64,000 bases of DNA, from NCBI GenBank assembly GCA_044347755.1, contig JBIKUE010000009.1, positions 1,933 through 65,932 of the forward strand. Reading direction: 5' to 3'. This stretch comes from Saprospiraceae bacterium (GTDB lineage Bacteria; Bacteroidota; Bacteroidia; Chitinophagales; Saprospiraceae). A model generated the notes under the pieces. That model made no database searches. It was not told the DNA's origin and was given only the letters and a program-made list of their open reading frames with translations. The translations under genes and the position numbers were made by a program. Positions 1 through 10,465 of the stretch are shown here, one piece after another (the stretch's first letter is position 1; every line of letters begins with the position of its first letter).

Positions 1-1915
1 GTTTAGTATCACCGTTCAAGTGGAATTTGTTGCTGGCATCCATCACAAAATGGTAGCCAGTAAAATTGTAGCCTGTAACGCCACTGGAGCTACCCGGTAT
101 TGGAAATTCATAAAGATAATCTGGTGGATTTGGGAGATTGGGAGGTGGTATAACAGGAAAATCAAGATCACCAAAAATCTGAAAATGGCGGGCAGTCGTA
201 CCAGGTACAATTACATCAAGTACCGTTTGCCCTGGCTGAACAAATCGATTGAAAAAGGGATCAATTATAACTTCTCGGACTCCAATTTGTTGGCTTACAT
301 TTCCCATATATAATGAAACAAAGCCACCACCGTCCAAAAATGTAGGGCCTGGAGTGTACTTTAGTGTAAAATTTATGTCTTTCTGTGCATCTATATTGGG
401 GAATTCTGATATTATTTCCGGGTTAGTATTATCGTCTGGGCCTAGTGGGTTTTCACGAGCAATGAGCTCAAAATCTACCCCTCCCACCAAGGGTCTAACA
501 TGCGTAAAATAATCACTAAACCTTCCATCCTGGCCACTGAATACTTGTGCTAAATCTTTTTTAAATTTGGCTCTAATTGGATGATTGGCAGGATTACATC
601 CACCCTTGATTGTGGCAGAAAAGTTCATGATGTCGCTTTTCGTGGCACAGTTAAGTATCGGGTTTGGGTTGTCCGTTATAAACAGAGTCACTTTGGGCTC
701 ACAACGGGTACATTCATCACTAGTATATCCGTTAATTTGTTCAGCCAGACATTGGCACCTTAATTCAGGAGTGCTGGTCAACCCATTGAGGATCAAATGC
801 ATACAACCTGACATGCTAGCAGCGTCGCCATTACTTGTACACATCAAATAATTTGGGCTTGAAGCGCATGGTTGATTACAACCAAACTCATCATTTTCAT
901 GAGCTAAACCTATTAGATGGCCAATTTCGTGCGCAGCTGTATATCCTATTACTCCAGAACCCCATAAATTATCGGGCCCGCCAATTATCGCAACACGCTT
1001 ACCCCTGTTGTTATTTTGACAGTGGAAGTTCGTATTGGCATAAGTCTGTCCTCTCACTCCTCGTTGGCGCCCTGTAAAATATATAATCCCGTCTTTTCGC
1101 ACACAAGGCCGACCATTCCAATTGTTATTTATATTTTGAGACCAAGTTGTGAAATCATTATTGAATAAGTCTGGTTGAGTTGGCTCTTCAATCCAAACAG
1201 TACTGATTTGAAACCGTGTATCTATGGTATACCAAATATCGTCAGCAGTACTTATTGCATTTTGCGCAAAAATAGTAGCTTCAAGTAAAGGATCCGGGTA
1301 GTTAGAAAAGTGGTCTACAAATAGTTGGTCTACATGAACTCCAAGGTTTATGGAAACAACGCTACAAAGACTCTCATTTTCAGGACTGTCGGCTTTTTTT
1401 GTTGACTGTAAATATTGGTGTTCCACAAAAGAAAAAACGTTTGGCATAGATTTTCCTTCACGTTCGACATTTGAAATAGTATATTTTTTCTCACCGGTAA
1501 CGATAGTTGCATAGAATGATTGATCTGAAATGATCATTGACACCCTACTGTTTGGATCACCCTTGACATATCCTTTTTGAACAGCACTTCGAATAGCAGT
1601 CCCATTTCTGCTGGCACCTTTGCTCTCACCCTGTGTTGATAAAACCAATGTTGTGTTAAATATCCCAATTTTAAGGCTAAACTCCACTTCTTTATGGCGT
1701 TGAGGGTTGTGAATATATCTTGACAATTCCAGCGATGGGAAAGAAAAAATCAATGCATTATAGTCATTGGCTTGATAAAGCGATGCTTCCTTATCGTTTA
1801 AAAGAGTAGCCTCAAATATTGGCGGATGTATCCTGTTTTGTGCTAAACCAGGAGTAAAAGCAATAAACAACACGACAATTGCCGTGAAAAGTGAAAAATA
1901 ATTAGTTTGATTCAT
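1..1915 (-). CDS. secreted reprolysin-like (M12B-type metzincin) zinc metalloprotease; C-terminal end lies outside the window
   Basis: Absent from the ORF track because it is open at the window edge. My translation from the ATG at comp. 1915-1913 gives MNQTNYFSLFTAIVVLFIAFTPGLAQN (signal peptide) and stays open to position 1. HEIGHLIGLAHEND (HExxHxxGxxH) is encoded around 899-940 in the same frame, followed by a Cys-rich segment. Confidence 0.75.
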   Translation of the reverse strand, partial: MNQTNYFSLFTAIVVLFIAFTPGLAQNRIHPPIFEATLLNDKEASLYQANDYNALIFSFPSLELSRYIHNPQRHKEVEFSLKIGIFNTTLVLSTQGESKGASRNGTAIRSAVQKGYVKGDPNSRVSMIISDQSFYATIVTGEKKYTISNVEREGKSMPNVFSFVEHQYLQSTKKADSPENESLCSVVSINLGVHVDQLFVDHFSNYPDPLLEATIFAQNAISTADDIWYTIDTRFQISTVWIEEPTQPDLFNNDFTTWSQNINNNWNGRPCVRKDGIIYFTGRQRGVRGQTYANTNFHCQNNNRGKRVAIIGGPDNLWGSGVIGYTAAHEIGHLIGLAHENDEFGCNQPCASSPNYLMCTSNGDAASMSGCMHLILNGLTSTPELRCQCLAEQINGYTSDECTRCEPKVTLFITDNPNPILNCATKSDIMNFSATIKGGCNPANHPIRAKFKKDLAQVFSGQDGRFSDYFTHVRPLVGGVDFELIARENPLGPDDNTNPEIISEFPNIDAQKDINFTLKYTPGPTFLDGGGFVSLYMGNVSQQIGVREVIIDPFFNRFVQPGQTVLDVIVPGTTARHFQIFGDLDFPVIPPPNLPNPPDYLYEFPIPGSSSGVTGYNFTGYHFVMDASNKFHLNGDTK

Positions 1916-2547
1916 AATAGTTGAAAATTCTAAGTTAGAAAAGCTAAGTTTAGCCGCGGCGAAGTGATTTAGAAAAAATCACGGGATCCATGGCGAAATT
2001 GAGAACTGTTGAAATACTGGTGTTAATGAGTGATTCCGGACACCCCACGAATTAATTCACTTTGCGAAAAATATCCAAAATAGTTTGTTTAAAATCCTTA
2101 AAATTGGGATAAATGTGTATCGCCGGAAAAACTGTACCACTACCAAATTTTCAGGAAGAAACATAATAACAAGTTGGCATAAAATAAAAATAAATCGCAT
2201 AATCTGTCTAAATCAGACAAAACCTATAATTTTACTTTACCGTCCCACACGGTCATTCCATCCCAGCATCTGTTCAACCGCGTCTTTGGGACTTTCCGAC
2301 TTCATCGAGACAGGGCTTGACCCAGCGCCACGCGCGTGAACAGCCGGGCATTTGTTGCTACAAACGTTGGCCTCTACAAACGTTGGGCCTCTTACGAGGC
2401 CGGACGGGTCTTTACAAGAGGACAGGCCGGGGATGAGTGCGTGGCAGCAACGGAATCAGCCTCGCCTGGTATGCTGCTTTTGCCATTTTTTTCCCATCTT
2501 TGTACTTCCAAATTCAGATTACCTACACCAACCCTCCTTCTTTTTCC

Positions 2548-5500
2548 ATGAAGAAAATCCTTTCCCTCCTCACGCTACTGCTATTGGCCGTAGCCACGCT
2601 TTCTGCACAACGCAGCAAACCCGTTCCTCATAAAACCGACGAGCACCCTTTCACCCCGCAGATCAACTGGCCGGGCAAAGCGGTTCCGCCGGCAAACAAC
2701 CCGTTTTACGTAACGGCTCCGCGTTTCAAACCTGCCGGCCCGCTGACGCCCATTTCAGCCGTATCTGATGGCAATATTTCTGTAAAACGCGCCGAAAATG
2801 GCCTTCCTATGTTCTTTGAAGGCAAAACTGCGGCATCCGGCAGCATGGCCGAGAGCAAGCCCATGGACCAGCGCGCCCTGGAATACTGCGCCAGCCTGCA
2901 GCCACAGAGCATTGCCCAACCGGCACAGGAATTTACCGCAAAATCTGTTCAAACCGACGAGCAGGGCAACGCCCACGTGCGCCTGGAGCAAACCTTCAAC
3001 GGCCTGCCAGTTTGGGGTTCCGAACTCATTTGCCACACCCAGGGCGGCGCTTTCACGCGCATGAATGGCCGGTATTTCCCTACGCCTGAATTGGCTACCA
3101 TTACACCGGCCATGGATGCAGAAGCAGCCATATGGAAGGTAAAAACCGCTATCGGTTTGGAAAACCTCAAAACCGACTGGACGGAGCAAGACCTTAACAT
3201 GATTGATGGTGAGCCATTCAGCGCTATGCTCGTGGTTTTCCACGTGAACGAAAAACTCAACGGCGAACGCCTGGCCTGGCACGTAGCAGCCCGCCCCAAT
3301 GTATTCAGCCGCTCCGAATGGTTCATCGACGCCGCTACCGGCGAGGTGTTGAACTCCTTCGAACATACCTGCAATCTGCTGGGCCATTACCACGCCAAAG
3401 GGCACAACACCGCTTCGGTGGCAGCCCATGAAGGCCATGCGCCAAATGCGCCCAACATGGTAGACGGTCCGGTGAACATCAGCGGTGTAGACTTGCTGGA
3501 TGTAACCCGCAATCTACCTTTAGCCGGCTGGCAATTTGGCAATCAGGTAACACTTGAAGACGCCAGCAAAACCATGTTCAACGCTGGCGCTTCTAACATG
3601 CCCAGTGATCCGGTAGGCGTCATCGTAACCCTGGATGCCTCAAATACCTCTCCTGAAAATCAGAATTTCAATGTGGATTTGATTGTTTCCAACAATACTA
3701 CGTTTACCAATAAAAAGGCAGCGATCAGCTCACATTACAATGCCATCAAAAGCTTTGACTACTTCAAAACGAAGTTCAACCGCAATTCCATTGATGGGGT
3801 TGGAGGCAACGTAATCAGCATTGTAAATGTAACAGAAGCCGATGGCACTTCCATGGAAAATGCCTTCTGGAATGGCGCAGCCATGTTCTACGGAAATGGT
3901 GGCTCTGTGTTCAAACCTTTAGCCCGTGGCCTGGATGTAGGCGGCCACGAAATGACCCACGGGGTGATTGAAAAAACGGCTAACCTGATTTACCAAAACG
4001 AAAGTGGCGCCCTCAACGAATCCTTTGCCGATGTGTTCGGCCAGATGATTGATGGAGATCCAAACGACTGGAAAATCGGGGAAGATGTGATGCAAAGCGG
4101 TGGCGGCCTGCCAACTGCCCTGCGCGACATGCAAAACCCGAACAATGGCCAACCGGCCAATAGTTCTTTTTGGCAACCGGCTCACACCAATGATCAATAT
4201 GTTGGTCCGCAGGATAACGGAGGCGTACATATCAATTCCGGCATTATCAACCGCGCATACTTCCTGTTTGCTACTAACGCAGCTGTAGGTAATACAAAAG
4301 CTGAACAGGTGTTCTACAAAGCCCTGCGCGATTACCTGGTGAAATCCAGCAAATTCGTGGATTGCCGTTTAGCCGTAATCCAGGCTTCCAACGATTTGTA
4401 TGGCTCCACTGTGGCCGATGCAGCTGCAAATGCTTTCGCAGCGGTAGGTATCGGCAGCGGCGCCCCGAGCGGCAATTATCTGGGTCAACTGAGCCCAAAT
4501 CCAGGCACCGATTACATCCTTTGCACCAAAAACAACGGCGATCTGGAAATTGCCACCAGCACTGGCACCGTGATCGCATCGTTGTATACGGGGGGCATTA
4601 GTAGCCGTCCAAGCATAACCGACAATGGCGTAAGCATGGTGTTCATCAATGAGAACAATCAGTTGATGGCCATTGAATTCAACTGGCAGGCAAACCAATT
4701 CGTGGTGAGTACCGTGGATGATGGTCCATGGCGCAATGCCGCTATTTCAAAAGACGGTCGCTTCCTGGCCTTGCTGAAAGATTTTCTGGAGCCTCGCATT
4801 TATATCTATGATCTGGCGGATCCTTTTGGCGGATTTGAAACGTTTTTCCTGTACAATCCAACCTACACCCAGGGACAAATCACAGGCGATGTGGATTTTG
4901 CAGATGTAATGGAGTTTGATTATTCCAATACCTACCTGATGTACGATGCGTATAACACACTGGACAATATTGGCTACTGGGATATTGGTTTTATTCAATT
5001 CTGGGAAAATGACCAGTTTGCCGATGGTGGTGATGCATTTATCACCAAGCTCTTTTCCGGTTTGCCGGAAAAAGTGAGCATCAACAATCCAACGCTGTCT
5101 AAAAACTCGCCCTTTATTCTGGCATTCGATCTGATTGACGAAACCGGCACCGTGCGCAATGATATTTACGGCGCAAATTCAGAGACCGGCGATTATGACG
5201 TAATTGTATCCAATATTGGCGATCTGGGTTGGCCTAACTATAACCGTTTGGATACACGCCTGATTTACGACAATCCAACCGCTCAGGGATTTGATATCCG
5301 TTCTCAAGGCCTGAATCCAAATAAAATTCAGCCCCAGGGCAGCAACACTTCCCTGATTCCAGGACATTACTGGGGCGTTTGGTTTGCCAACGGAACCAGG
5401 AGCCTGCAAGTAGGTACAGAAGATCTGGAAGGTCAGGGATTTGCGATGAGTATTTCTCCAAACCCAACTGCAGACATAGCTCAACTGCGTATGAACGCTC

Positions 5501-5691
5501 CGGAAAGCACCAATGCCAGCATTAGCTTGCACGGCCTCCTGGGTGAAACCCTGCTTACCCGCAACGTGACCTTCTCAGAAGGCGAAAACGTGCTGGACAT
5601 TGACCTGCAATCCTACCCTTCCGGAAATTACATTGTGCGCATTGTATCTGAAACCGGCGCCGGTGCAGCTTTGAAAGTGGTGAAACTGTAG
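2548..5691 (+). CDS. secreted thermolysin-like (M4) metalloprotease with T9SS-type C-terminal sorting domain
   Basis: ORF 2437..5691 trimmed to ATG 2548 (MKKILSLLTLLLLAVATLSAQ signal peptide). M4 motifs HEMTHGV (HExxH) and GALNESFADVFG are present. There is a propeptide-like N-terminal region and a C-terminal ~80 aa segment (ISPNPTADIAQLRM...GNYIVRIVSE...KVVKL) typical of T9SS CTDs. Confidence 0.9.
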   Translation: MKKILSLLTLLLLAVATLSAQRSKPVPHKTDEHPFTPQINWPGKAVPPANNPFYVTAPRFKPAGPLTPISAVSDGNISVKRAENGLPMFFEGKTAASGSMAESKPMDQRALEYCASLQPQSIAQPAQEFTAKSVQTDEQGNAHVRLEQTFNGLPVWGSELICHTQGGAFTRMNGRYFPTPELATITPAMDAEAAIWKVKTAIGLENLKTDWTEQDLNMIDGEPFSAMLVVFHVNEKLNGERLAWHVAARPNVFSRSEWFIDAATGEVLNSFEHTCNLLGHYHAKGHNTASVAAHEGHAPNAPNMVDGPVNISGVDLLDVTRNLPLAGWQFGNQVTLEDASKTMFNAGASNMPSDPVGVIVTLDASNTSPENQNFNVDLIVSNNTTFTNKKAAISSHYNAIKSFDYFKTKFNRNSIDGVGGNVISIVNVTEADGTSMENAFWNGAAMFYGNGGSVFKPLARGLDVGGHEMTHGVIEKTANLIYQNESGALNESFADVFGQMIDGDPNDWKIGEDVMQSGGGLPTALRDMQNPNNGQPANSSFWQPAHTNDQYVGPQDNGGVHINSGIINRAYFLFATNAAVGNTKAEQVFYKALRDYLVKSSKFVDCRLAVIQASNDLYGSTVADAAANAFAAVGIGSGAPSGNYLGQLSPNPGTDYILCTKNNGDLEIATSTGTVIASLYTGGISSRPSITDNGVSMVFINENNQLMAIEFNWQANQFVVSTVDDGPWRNAAISKDGRFLALLKDFLEPRIYIYDLADPFGGFETFFLYNPTYTQGQITGDVDFADVMEFDYSNTYLMYDAYNTLDNIGYWDIGFIQFWENDQFADGGDAFITKLFSGLPEKVSINNPTLSKNSPFILAFDLIDETGTVRNDIYGANSETGDYDVIVSNIGDLGWPNYNRLDTRLIYDNPTAQGFDIRSQGLNPNKIQPQGSNTSLIPGHYWGVWFANGTRSLQVGTEDLEGQGFAMSISPNPTADIAQLRMNAPESTNASISLHGLLGETLLTRNVTFSEGENVLDIDLQSYPSGNYIVRIVSETGAGAALKVVKL

Positions 5692-5692
5692 T

Positions 5693-5819
5693 GGGAGATG
5701 AGTTAGGAGAGATGAGTTAGGAGAGATGAGTTAGGAGAGATGAGATATGATTTGGGCTCGGGTAATTGATCCATTTTACTAACCCGAGCCCAAATCATAT
5801 CTCATCTCTCCTAACTCAT
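5693..5819. repeat. intergenic word-repeat palindrome, likely a bidirectional terminator between convergent genes
   Basis: A 14-nt word gagatgagttagga is repeated 3x. A 38-nt inverted repeat follows (about 5726-5763 vs 5782-5819) around the core tttgggctcgggt...acccgagcccaaa. The right arm overlaps the stop codon of the minus-strand gene. Confidence 0.8.
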
Positions 5820-7312
5820 ATCCCATAACTCCCCACCGCTTCCATAAAGGCGCCGGATTTGATTTTAGTTTCGCGGAGTTCGTTTTCCGGCACGGATTCA
5901 TAGAGAAGGGTGGCGCCAGCGGAGAAAGAAAGCAGTCCATCTCGCACGTGGGCTGTTCGGATGGTGATGGCGGTATTCACATCCCCATTGAATAATAACC
6001 AGCCAATGCTGCCGCCGTAATACCCACGCGTATGTTGTTCAATCTCTTCAATGTACTGCATAGCGGCAATTTTGGGGGCGCCGGTGAGTGTGCCGGCATT
6101 CAGGCTGGCAATCAGCGCATCAAACCCTGAATAACGCGCCTGGAGCGTACCGCTCAATTGCGCCACAGTATGCGTTACGTGCGAATATTTCTCTACAATA
6201 CGGTAGTGTTCAATATCAATGCCCGGTTGGCAGATGCGCGCCAGGTCGTTGCGCCCAAGATCAATGAGCATATCCAGTTCCGAGTTCTCTTTGGGATCGT
6301 TGAGCAACTGCATCATCAGGCGATGATCTTCCATAGGATCCTGCGAGCGCCTGATAGAACCTGAAATGGGGCGTAAAGTAGCCCGTCCGTTCTCATAACG
6401 CAACATCAGCTCCGGACTGGCTCCTAGCAGGGTTTCATTCCCAAAATCAAAATAAAAAAGGTACGGAGAGGGGTTAATAGCCTTATAGCGGGCATACAAG
6501 GGCAGCAAATCGCCACTTACCGGAGCGGTGAGTTTCCGGCTGAGTACGATTTCCAAAAGTTCGCCTTCATGGCATAACTGAATGCCTCGTTGCACCTGCC
6601 TGCGAAATGTTTCATCATCCGGCGTAGCCACAAATTTCCCTATCTGCAGCGCCTCATCTGCGCCTCCCTGGGAAGGCACTGCGGGCGCTGCATGACACGG
6701 GTCTGTGTTTGATTTGGATAAAAACGCCTTGAGGTCCTGCTCAGCTGCCGGTTCATCGGCACGCGTGATGTACACCGTCAAATCAAGCGTTAAATGATTG
6801 AATAGCAGGATATTATCGAAAAGAAATAAATGAAAATCCGGTTCCGGACATGGCTTGGAATACGGCAAATCCTCAAACTGATACACAAACTGATATGCCA
6901 GCGCTCCGTACAGACCCATGAAGTTTTTGTCGGACATTTTGAAATGCGCCAACATGCTGCGCAATGGCTGTACAATGTTTTGTCGCTCCAGACGATCATC
7001 CTCCGCTCCGTGGAATGGAAGTTTTGGAATGTGCAACAACAGCCGGCCCTCCCGCTCACTTTCCACAAAAAGGGCAAATGTTTTTTTCAAAAAATCATAA
7101 AACACTTCTCCCCTGGCATCCAGCAAACGAATATCCAGGTGATCGTCTTTGCCGATCAATTCCAGTGTAGGCTCAAAACCTATAATCGAAAGCCTGCTGG
7201 ACTTGTCTACGGTAGAAGCTGACTCAAACAGGCAGGTAGGACCATTCCCTTTCAGTTGGCGGTACAACGAAAGGGCGTCGGCATATGGAAGTCGGGCGGT
7301 TGCAGTGTGCAT
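5816..7312 (-). CDS. chorismate-binding enzyme, anthranilate/aminodeoxychorismate synthase component I family
   Basis: ORF 5816..7393 trimmed to the ATG at comp. 7312 (MHTATARLPY...). Family motifs LFESAS, GTLTGAPK and RGYYGGSIGW...NTAITIRTA are present. No glutamine amidotransferase partner is adjacent, so TrpE vs PabB is unresolved. Confidence 0.85.
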   Translation of the reverse strand: MHTATARLPYADALSLYRQLKGNGPTCLFESASTVDKSSRLSIIGFEPTLELIGKDDHLDIRLLDARGEVFYDFLKKTFALFVESEREGRLLLHIPKLPFHGAEDDRLERQNIVQPLRSMLAHFKMSDKNFMGLYGALAYQFVYQFEDLPYSKPCPEPDFHLFLFDNILLFNHLTLDLTVYITRADEPAAEQDLKAFLSKSNTDPCHAAPAVPSQGGADEALQIGKFVATPDDETFRRQVQRGIQLCHEGELLEIVLSRKLTAPVSGDLLPLYARYKAINPSPYLFYFDFGNETLLGASPELMLRYENGRATLRPISGSIRRSQDPMEDHRLMMQLLNDPKENSELDMLIDLGRNDLARICQPGIDIEHYRIVEKYSHVTHTVAQLSGTLQARYSGFDALIASLNAGTLTGAPKIAAMQYIEEIEQHTRGYYGGSIGWLLFNGDVNTAITIRTAHVRDGLLSFSAGATLLYESVPENELRETKIKSGAFMEAVGSYGI

Positions 7313-7496
7313 AGCGGTACATGATGTACCCCGGAATGGTATTCCGGGAATTAGATAAATAAATTGCAATATCGTATCAGTACGATGATACAAAGGTGCA
7401 ATAAAATGAACCGGACTTGCAAGTGGGCAACCGGATTTTTTTAGGCATGTCGGTTTTGCGTATCAAAAGGCGGTATTTTTGCCTCAAATGTTACAC

Positions 7497-9734
7497 ATGA
7501 AACGGTTTATTCAGGCCCTGGCCTTTTTTTCTCCCCTTTTCCTGCTTGCCCAAACACCGGAAATACCGCTTACCAAAGGATTACGCATTGAGCAATCCTG
7601 CAAGGTGATCACCAACTTGTATGAAATTCCGGTATCTGCTAACGAGACCTGCATCACCATTTCCGGCGAAAACCTGGTTATCGATTTCCAGGGTGCAGAA
7701 TTGCGCGGCGCACCAACCAATGCTTTGCCCGATGGCCTGACGGGTACCGCCATTGTAGTGAGCGGGAAAAACATCACCATTAAAAACTGTAAAGCCCGTG
7801 GCTATAAAGTTGCTTTATATGCCGAAAACGTGGAAAACCTGGTCATTGAAAACTGCGAATTTTCCTACAATTACCGCCCGAGGCTACGCTCTATCCGTGA
7901 GCGCGAAGACTTTTCCGACTGGCTCAGCTATCACCAAAACGAAAAAGATGAATGGCTCCGATACGGCAGCGCCATGTATCTTAAAAATTGCTCAAAGCCT
8001 ACCGTGCGCGGATGCCGGGTTACCGGATGCCAAAATGCACTGCTCATGACCGGTTGCAATGATGGACTGGTGTACAACAATTTCTTTGTTTTCAACTCCG
8101 GCCTCGGCATCGGACTATATCGGAGCAGTCGCAACAAATTGATGCACAATCGGCTGGACTGGAATGTGCGCGGCTATTCCCATCGGTTTTACCAACGCGG
8201 GCAGGACTCGGCCGGCATTTTGCTGTATGAACAAAGCAGTAACAACACCATCGCATACAACTCCGTTACCCACTGCGGTGATGGGCTCTTCCTTTGGGCA
8301 GGGCAAAGCACAATGGATACAGGTAAGGGAGGCTGCAACGATAACTGGATTTTTGGCAACGACTTCAGCTATGCCCCTACCAATGGCATTGAAGTAACCT
8401 TTTCCCGAAATAAAATCCAGGGCAACGTGCTGCGAGAATGTACCTATGGTATATGGGGTGGTTACAGCTACGAAACCTATATCATGGGCAATTTTATTGC
8501 CGACTGCAAAACCGGTATCGCCATCGAACACGGGCAAAACGATACCATCAGGCAAAACGTGTTCCAGGGCGACAGCGTTGGTATTCAGCTTTGGGCCAGG
8601 GAAACACAGCCATCTGATTGGGGTTATGCTAAAAAGCGTGACACGCGCAGCCGTAATGCCATCATTGACCGGAACGTGTTTCTTTTGACTCGAAAACCCT
8701 TGAAAATCAGCCGCTCCAAAGATATTTCCATCAATGGAGTAAACCTGTTCCACGATTTTGAGACCTTGCTGGAAACCCCGCATCCCAACGAAAACCTGAA
8801 ATTCCTTCGCAATGAAGTGTACGGAACCGTGCCTCAGATCAAAGCCTTGTGGGCACATCCTGAAATAGCTGGTTCTGAAAATGTAAACTTTTCGCATCCG
8901 GGCCAAAAACCGGAAAATCCTTATTCCCCACTGGATATCACCTACGGAGAGTTGGTAGAGCCTGATAGCTTACCCGATGGCATGATTGCAGCGCTGCCTC
9001 GCGGGTTCCCAAAGGGAAGAACCTTTATCATCATGGATGAATGGGGCCCTTATGATTTTCTGCGCCCAATTGCCATATTGGATACCGTAGCGGGTAATAA
9101 GTATTCCATTGCCATTGTGGGGCCATCCGGCAACTGGAGCATAACCCAAACAGAAGGGGTGAAATATATCAGCGCCCGAAAAGGAGTTACTCCACAAACC
9201 ATTACCGTAGACCGCGATCCAGCCTCCAAATCCCTATATCTGGCATTTGAATACACCAGCCCTAAGAGCGCAAAAACAGTATTTGGTGAAGTTGTTCCCA
9301 CCGGCACTAAATACTACTTCACTTTCGACCGGCTGGAACAGAATTTCGACTGGAAAATGGAATTTTTCCGGTACGACAGTCTGTCCGGCAACAAAGCCTT
9401 TGCTACGCCGCCCCTGGCTACCCGGCAACAATCCGAACTTTACTCAGCGTGGTGGGGAAGCCCGGCGCCTGGCGTTCCGGAAGACGGTTTTGCTACAAAA
9501 GCAAGCACAGAATTTGACATCACCCCTGGCATCTACACTTTTGAACTAACTTCCGACGACGGCGTTCGGATGTATCTGGACGACCAACTGGTGGTAGACA
9601 ACTGGGATGTACACGAACCCGAAACCAACGAGATCAGTGTAAACCTGGGTGGCAAACATCGGATCAGGATTGAGCATTTCGATGCCGGCGGTTTCGCTAC
9701 ACTCGATCTCAGGATCAGGAAGAAAAGGAACTAA
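7497..9734 (+). CDS. secreted right-handed parallel beta-helix repeat protein with C-terminal PA14-like domain
   Basis: ORF 7479..9734 (TTG) trimmed to ATG 7497 (MKRFIQALAFFSPLFLLAQ). Reiterated beta-helix turns are visible (NNTIAYNSVTHCGDG, NWIFGNDF, NKIQGNVL). The C-terminus TFELTSDDGVRMYLDDQLVVDNW...HRIRIEHFDAGG resembles PA14. Confidence 0.8.
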   Translation: MKRFIQALAFFSPLFLLAQTPEIPLTKGLRIEQSCKVITNLYEIPVSANETCITISGENLVIDFQGAELRGAPTNALPDGLTGTAIVVSGKNITIKNCKARGYKVALYAENVENLVIENCEFSYNYRPRLRSIREREDFSDWLSYHQNEKDEWLRYGSAMYLKNCSKPTVRGCRVTGCQNALLMTGCNDGLVYNNFFVFNSGLGIGLYRSSRNKLMHNRLDWNVRGYSHRFYQRGQDSAGILLYEQSSNNTIAYNSVTHCGDGLFLWAGQSTMDTGKGGCNDNWIFGNDFSYAPTNGIEVTFSRNKIQGNVLRECTYGIWGGYSYETYIMGNFIADCKTGIAIEHGQNDTIRQNVFQGDSVGIQLWARETQPSDWGYAKKRDTRSRNAIIDRNVFLLTRKPLKISRSKDISINGVNLFHDFETLLETPHPNENLKFLRNEVYGTVPQIKALWAHPEIAGSENVNFSHPGQKPENPYSPLDITYGELVEPDSLPDGMIAALPRGFPKGRTFIIMDEWGPYDFLRPIAILDTVAGNKYSIAIVGPSGNWSITQTEGVKYISARKGVTPQTITVDRDPASKSLYLAFEYTSPKSAKTVFGEVVPTGTKYYFTFDRLEQNFDWKMEFFRYDSLSGNKAFATPPLATRQQSELYSAWWGSPAPGVPEDGFATKASTEFDITPGIYTFELTSDDGVRMYLDDQLVVDNWDVHEPETNEISVNLGGKHRIRIEHFDAGGFATLDLRIRKKRN

Positions 9735-9865
9735 GGGAACACAAAGGCACAAGGGCGCGAAGACGCGAAGGGGTATTATTTGGCTGTGCCAAATAATACC
9801 CCTCTCAATATTTGGCCGCAGGCCAACCCCTTTGCGTCTTCGCGCCTTTGTGCCTTAGTGTTCCC
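9735..9865. repeat. intergenic imperfect inverted repeat (word family ggcacaaagg/gcgaagacgc) with a nested inner hairpin
   Basis: Left arm gggaacacaaaggcacaagggcgcgaagacgcgaagggg pairs with right arm cccctttgcgtcttcgcgcctttgtgccttagtgttccc. The inner hairpin is ggtattatttggc/gccaaataatacc. It starts directly after the stop at 9734. Confidence 0.8.
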
Positions 9866-9875
9866 TTTCCGCCTT

Positions 9876-10361
9876 TTACTCAAATTTGATCTCCACAATA
9901 CGCAGCCGGTGTTTGTTACCCAGGCGGAGTTTACGGGATTTAGTCAGGAACCAGCCAGCACCTGCAGAAGCCAGGGCAATGCCGTACAACTTAGGCACAT
10001 TGATGCTTTTGTCCTGAAATCCAAACCTGCCCACGGTGGTAGCAAAAACCAGGGTGCCCCCTAAGGTATATCCCGCGCCTCCCAGGATACGCCATATGGG
10101 TTTGCGTTGTACTTTAATGCTTTGAATCTCAGGGATTTTTACAGCAAAGTTGTCCAGCATCAGCGTATTGGATTCTGGCAGCATATCGGTAATGGTGCGT
10201 TTGTACCAATAGTCTTCCTTGCCTTCCATACGGAATCTGAGCACATCGCCAATATACAATTTGGTAGTTCGGGCGCGGTTAGCGCGCTCTAGGAGCAGCA
10301 TTTTTTGTCCGGAAACACCGTATGTGGTCAGGCAGAGTAAGAGGAGTAAAACAGGTTTCAT
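9876..10361 (-). CDS. hypothetical protein with signal peptide and C-terminal hydrophobic segments
   Basis: 161-aa ORF. N-terminus MKPVLLLLLCLTTYGVSGQ. Two Gly/Ala-rich hydrophobic stretches lie near the C-terminus. No recognised motif. Confidence 0.55.
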   Translation of the reverse strand: MKPVLLLLLCLTTYGVSGQKMLLLERANRARTTKLYIGDVLRFRMEGKEDYWYKRTITDMLPESNTLMLDNFAVKIPEIQSIKVQRKPIWRILGGAGYTLGGTLVFATTVGRFGFQDKSINVPKLYGIALASAGAGWFLTKSRKLRLGNKHRLRIVEIKFE

Positions 10362-10465
10362 GGTATATTTTTATGTGAAGAAACGTTTATTCTGACATTA
10401 AGTGGCGTCCTTGTCCGGAATTATCTGATAATTTTGGTTTTGAATAATCCTTATTCAACCGAGCC

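Noticed and set aside
2437-2547. N-terminal extensions of track ORFs (for example 2437, 7393, 17992, 54503, 45280, 36156, 30224, 41417)
   Set aside because: In each case an internal ATG is immediately followed by a canonical signal peptide, lipobox or conserved family N-terminus, and the upstream extension runs through intergenic repeats or promoter-like AT-rich sequence. Starts were trimmed accordingly.
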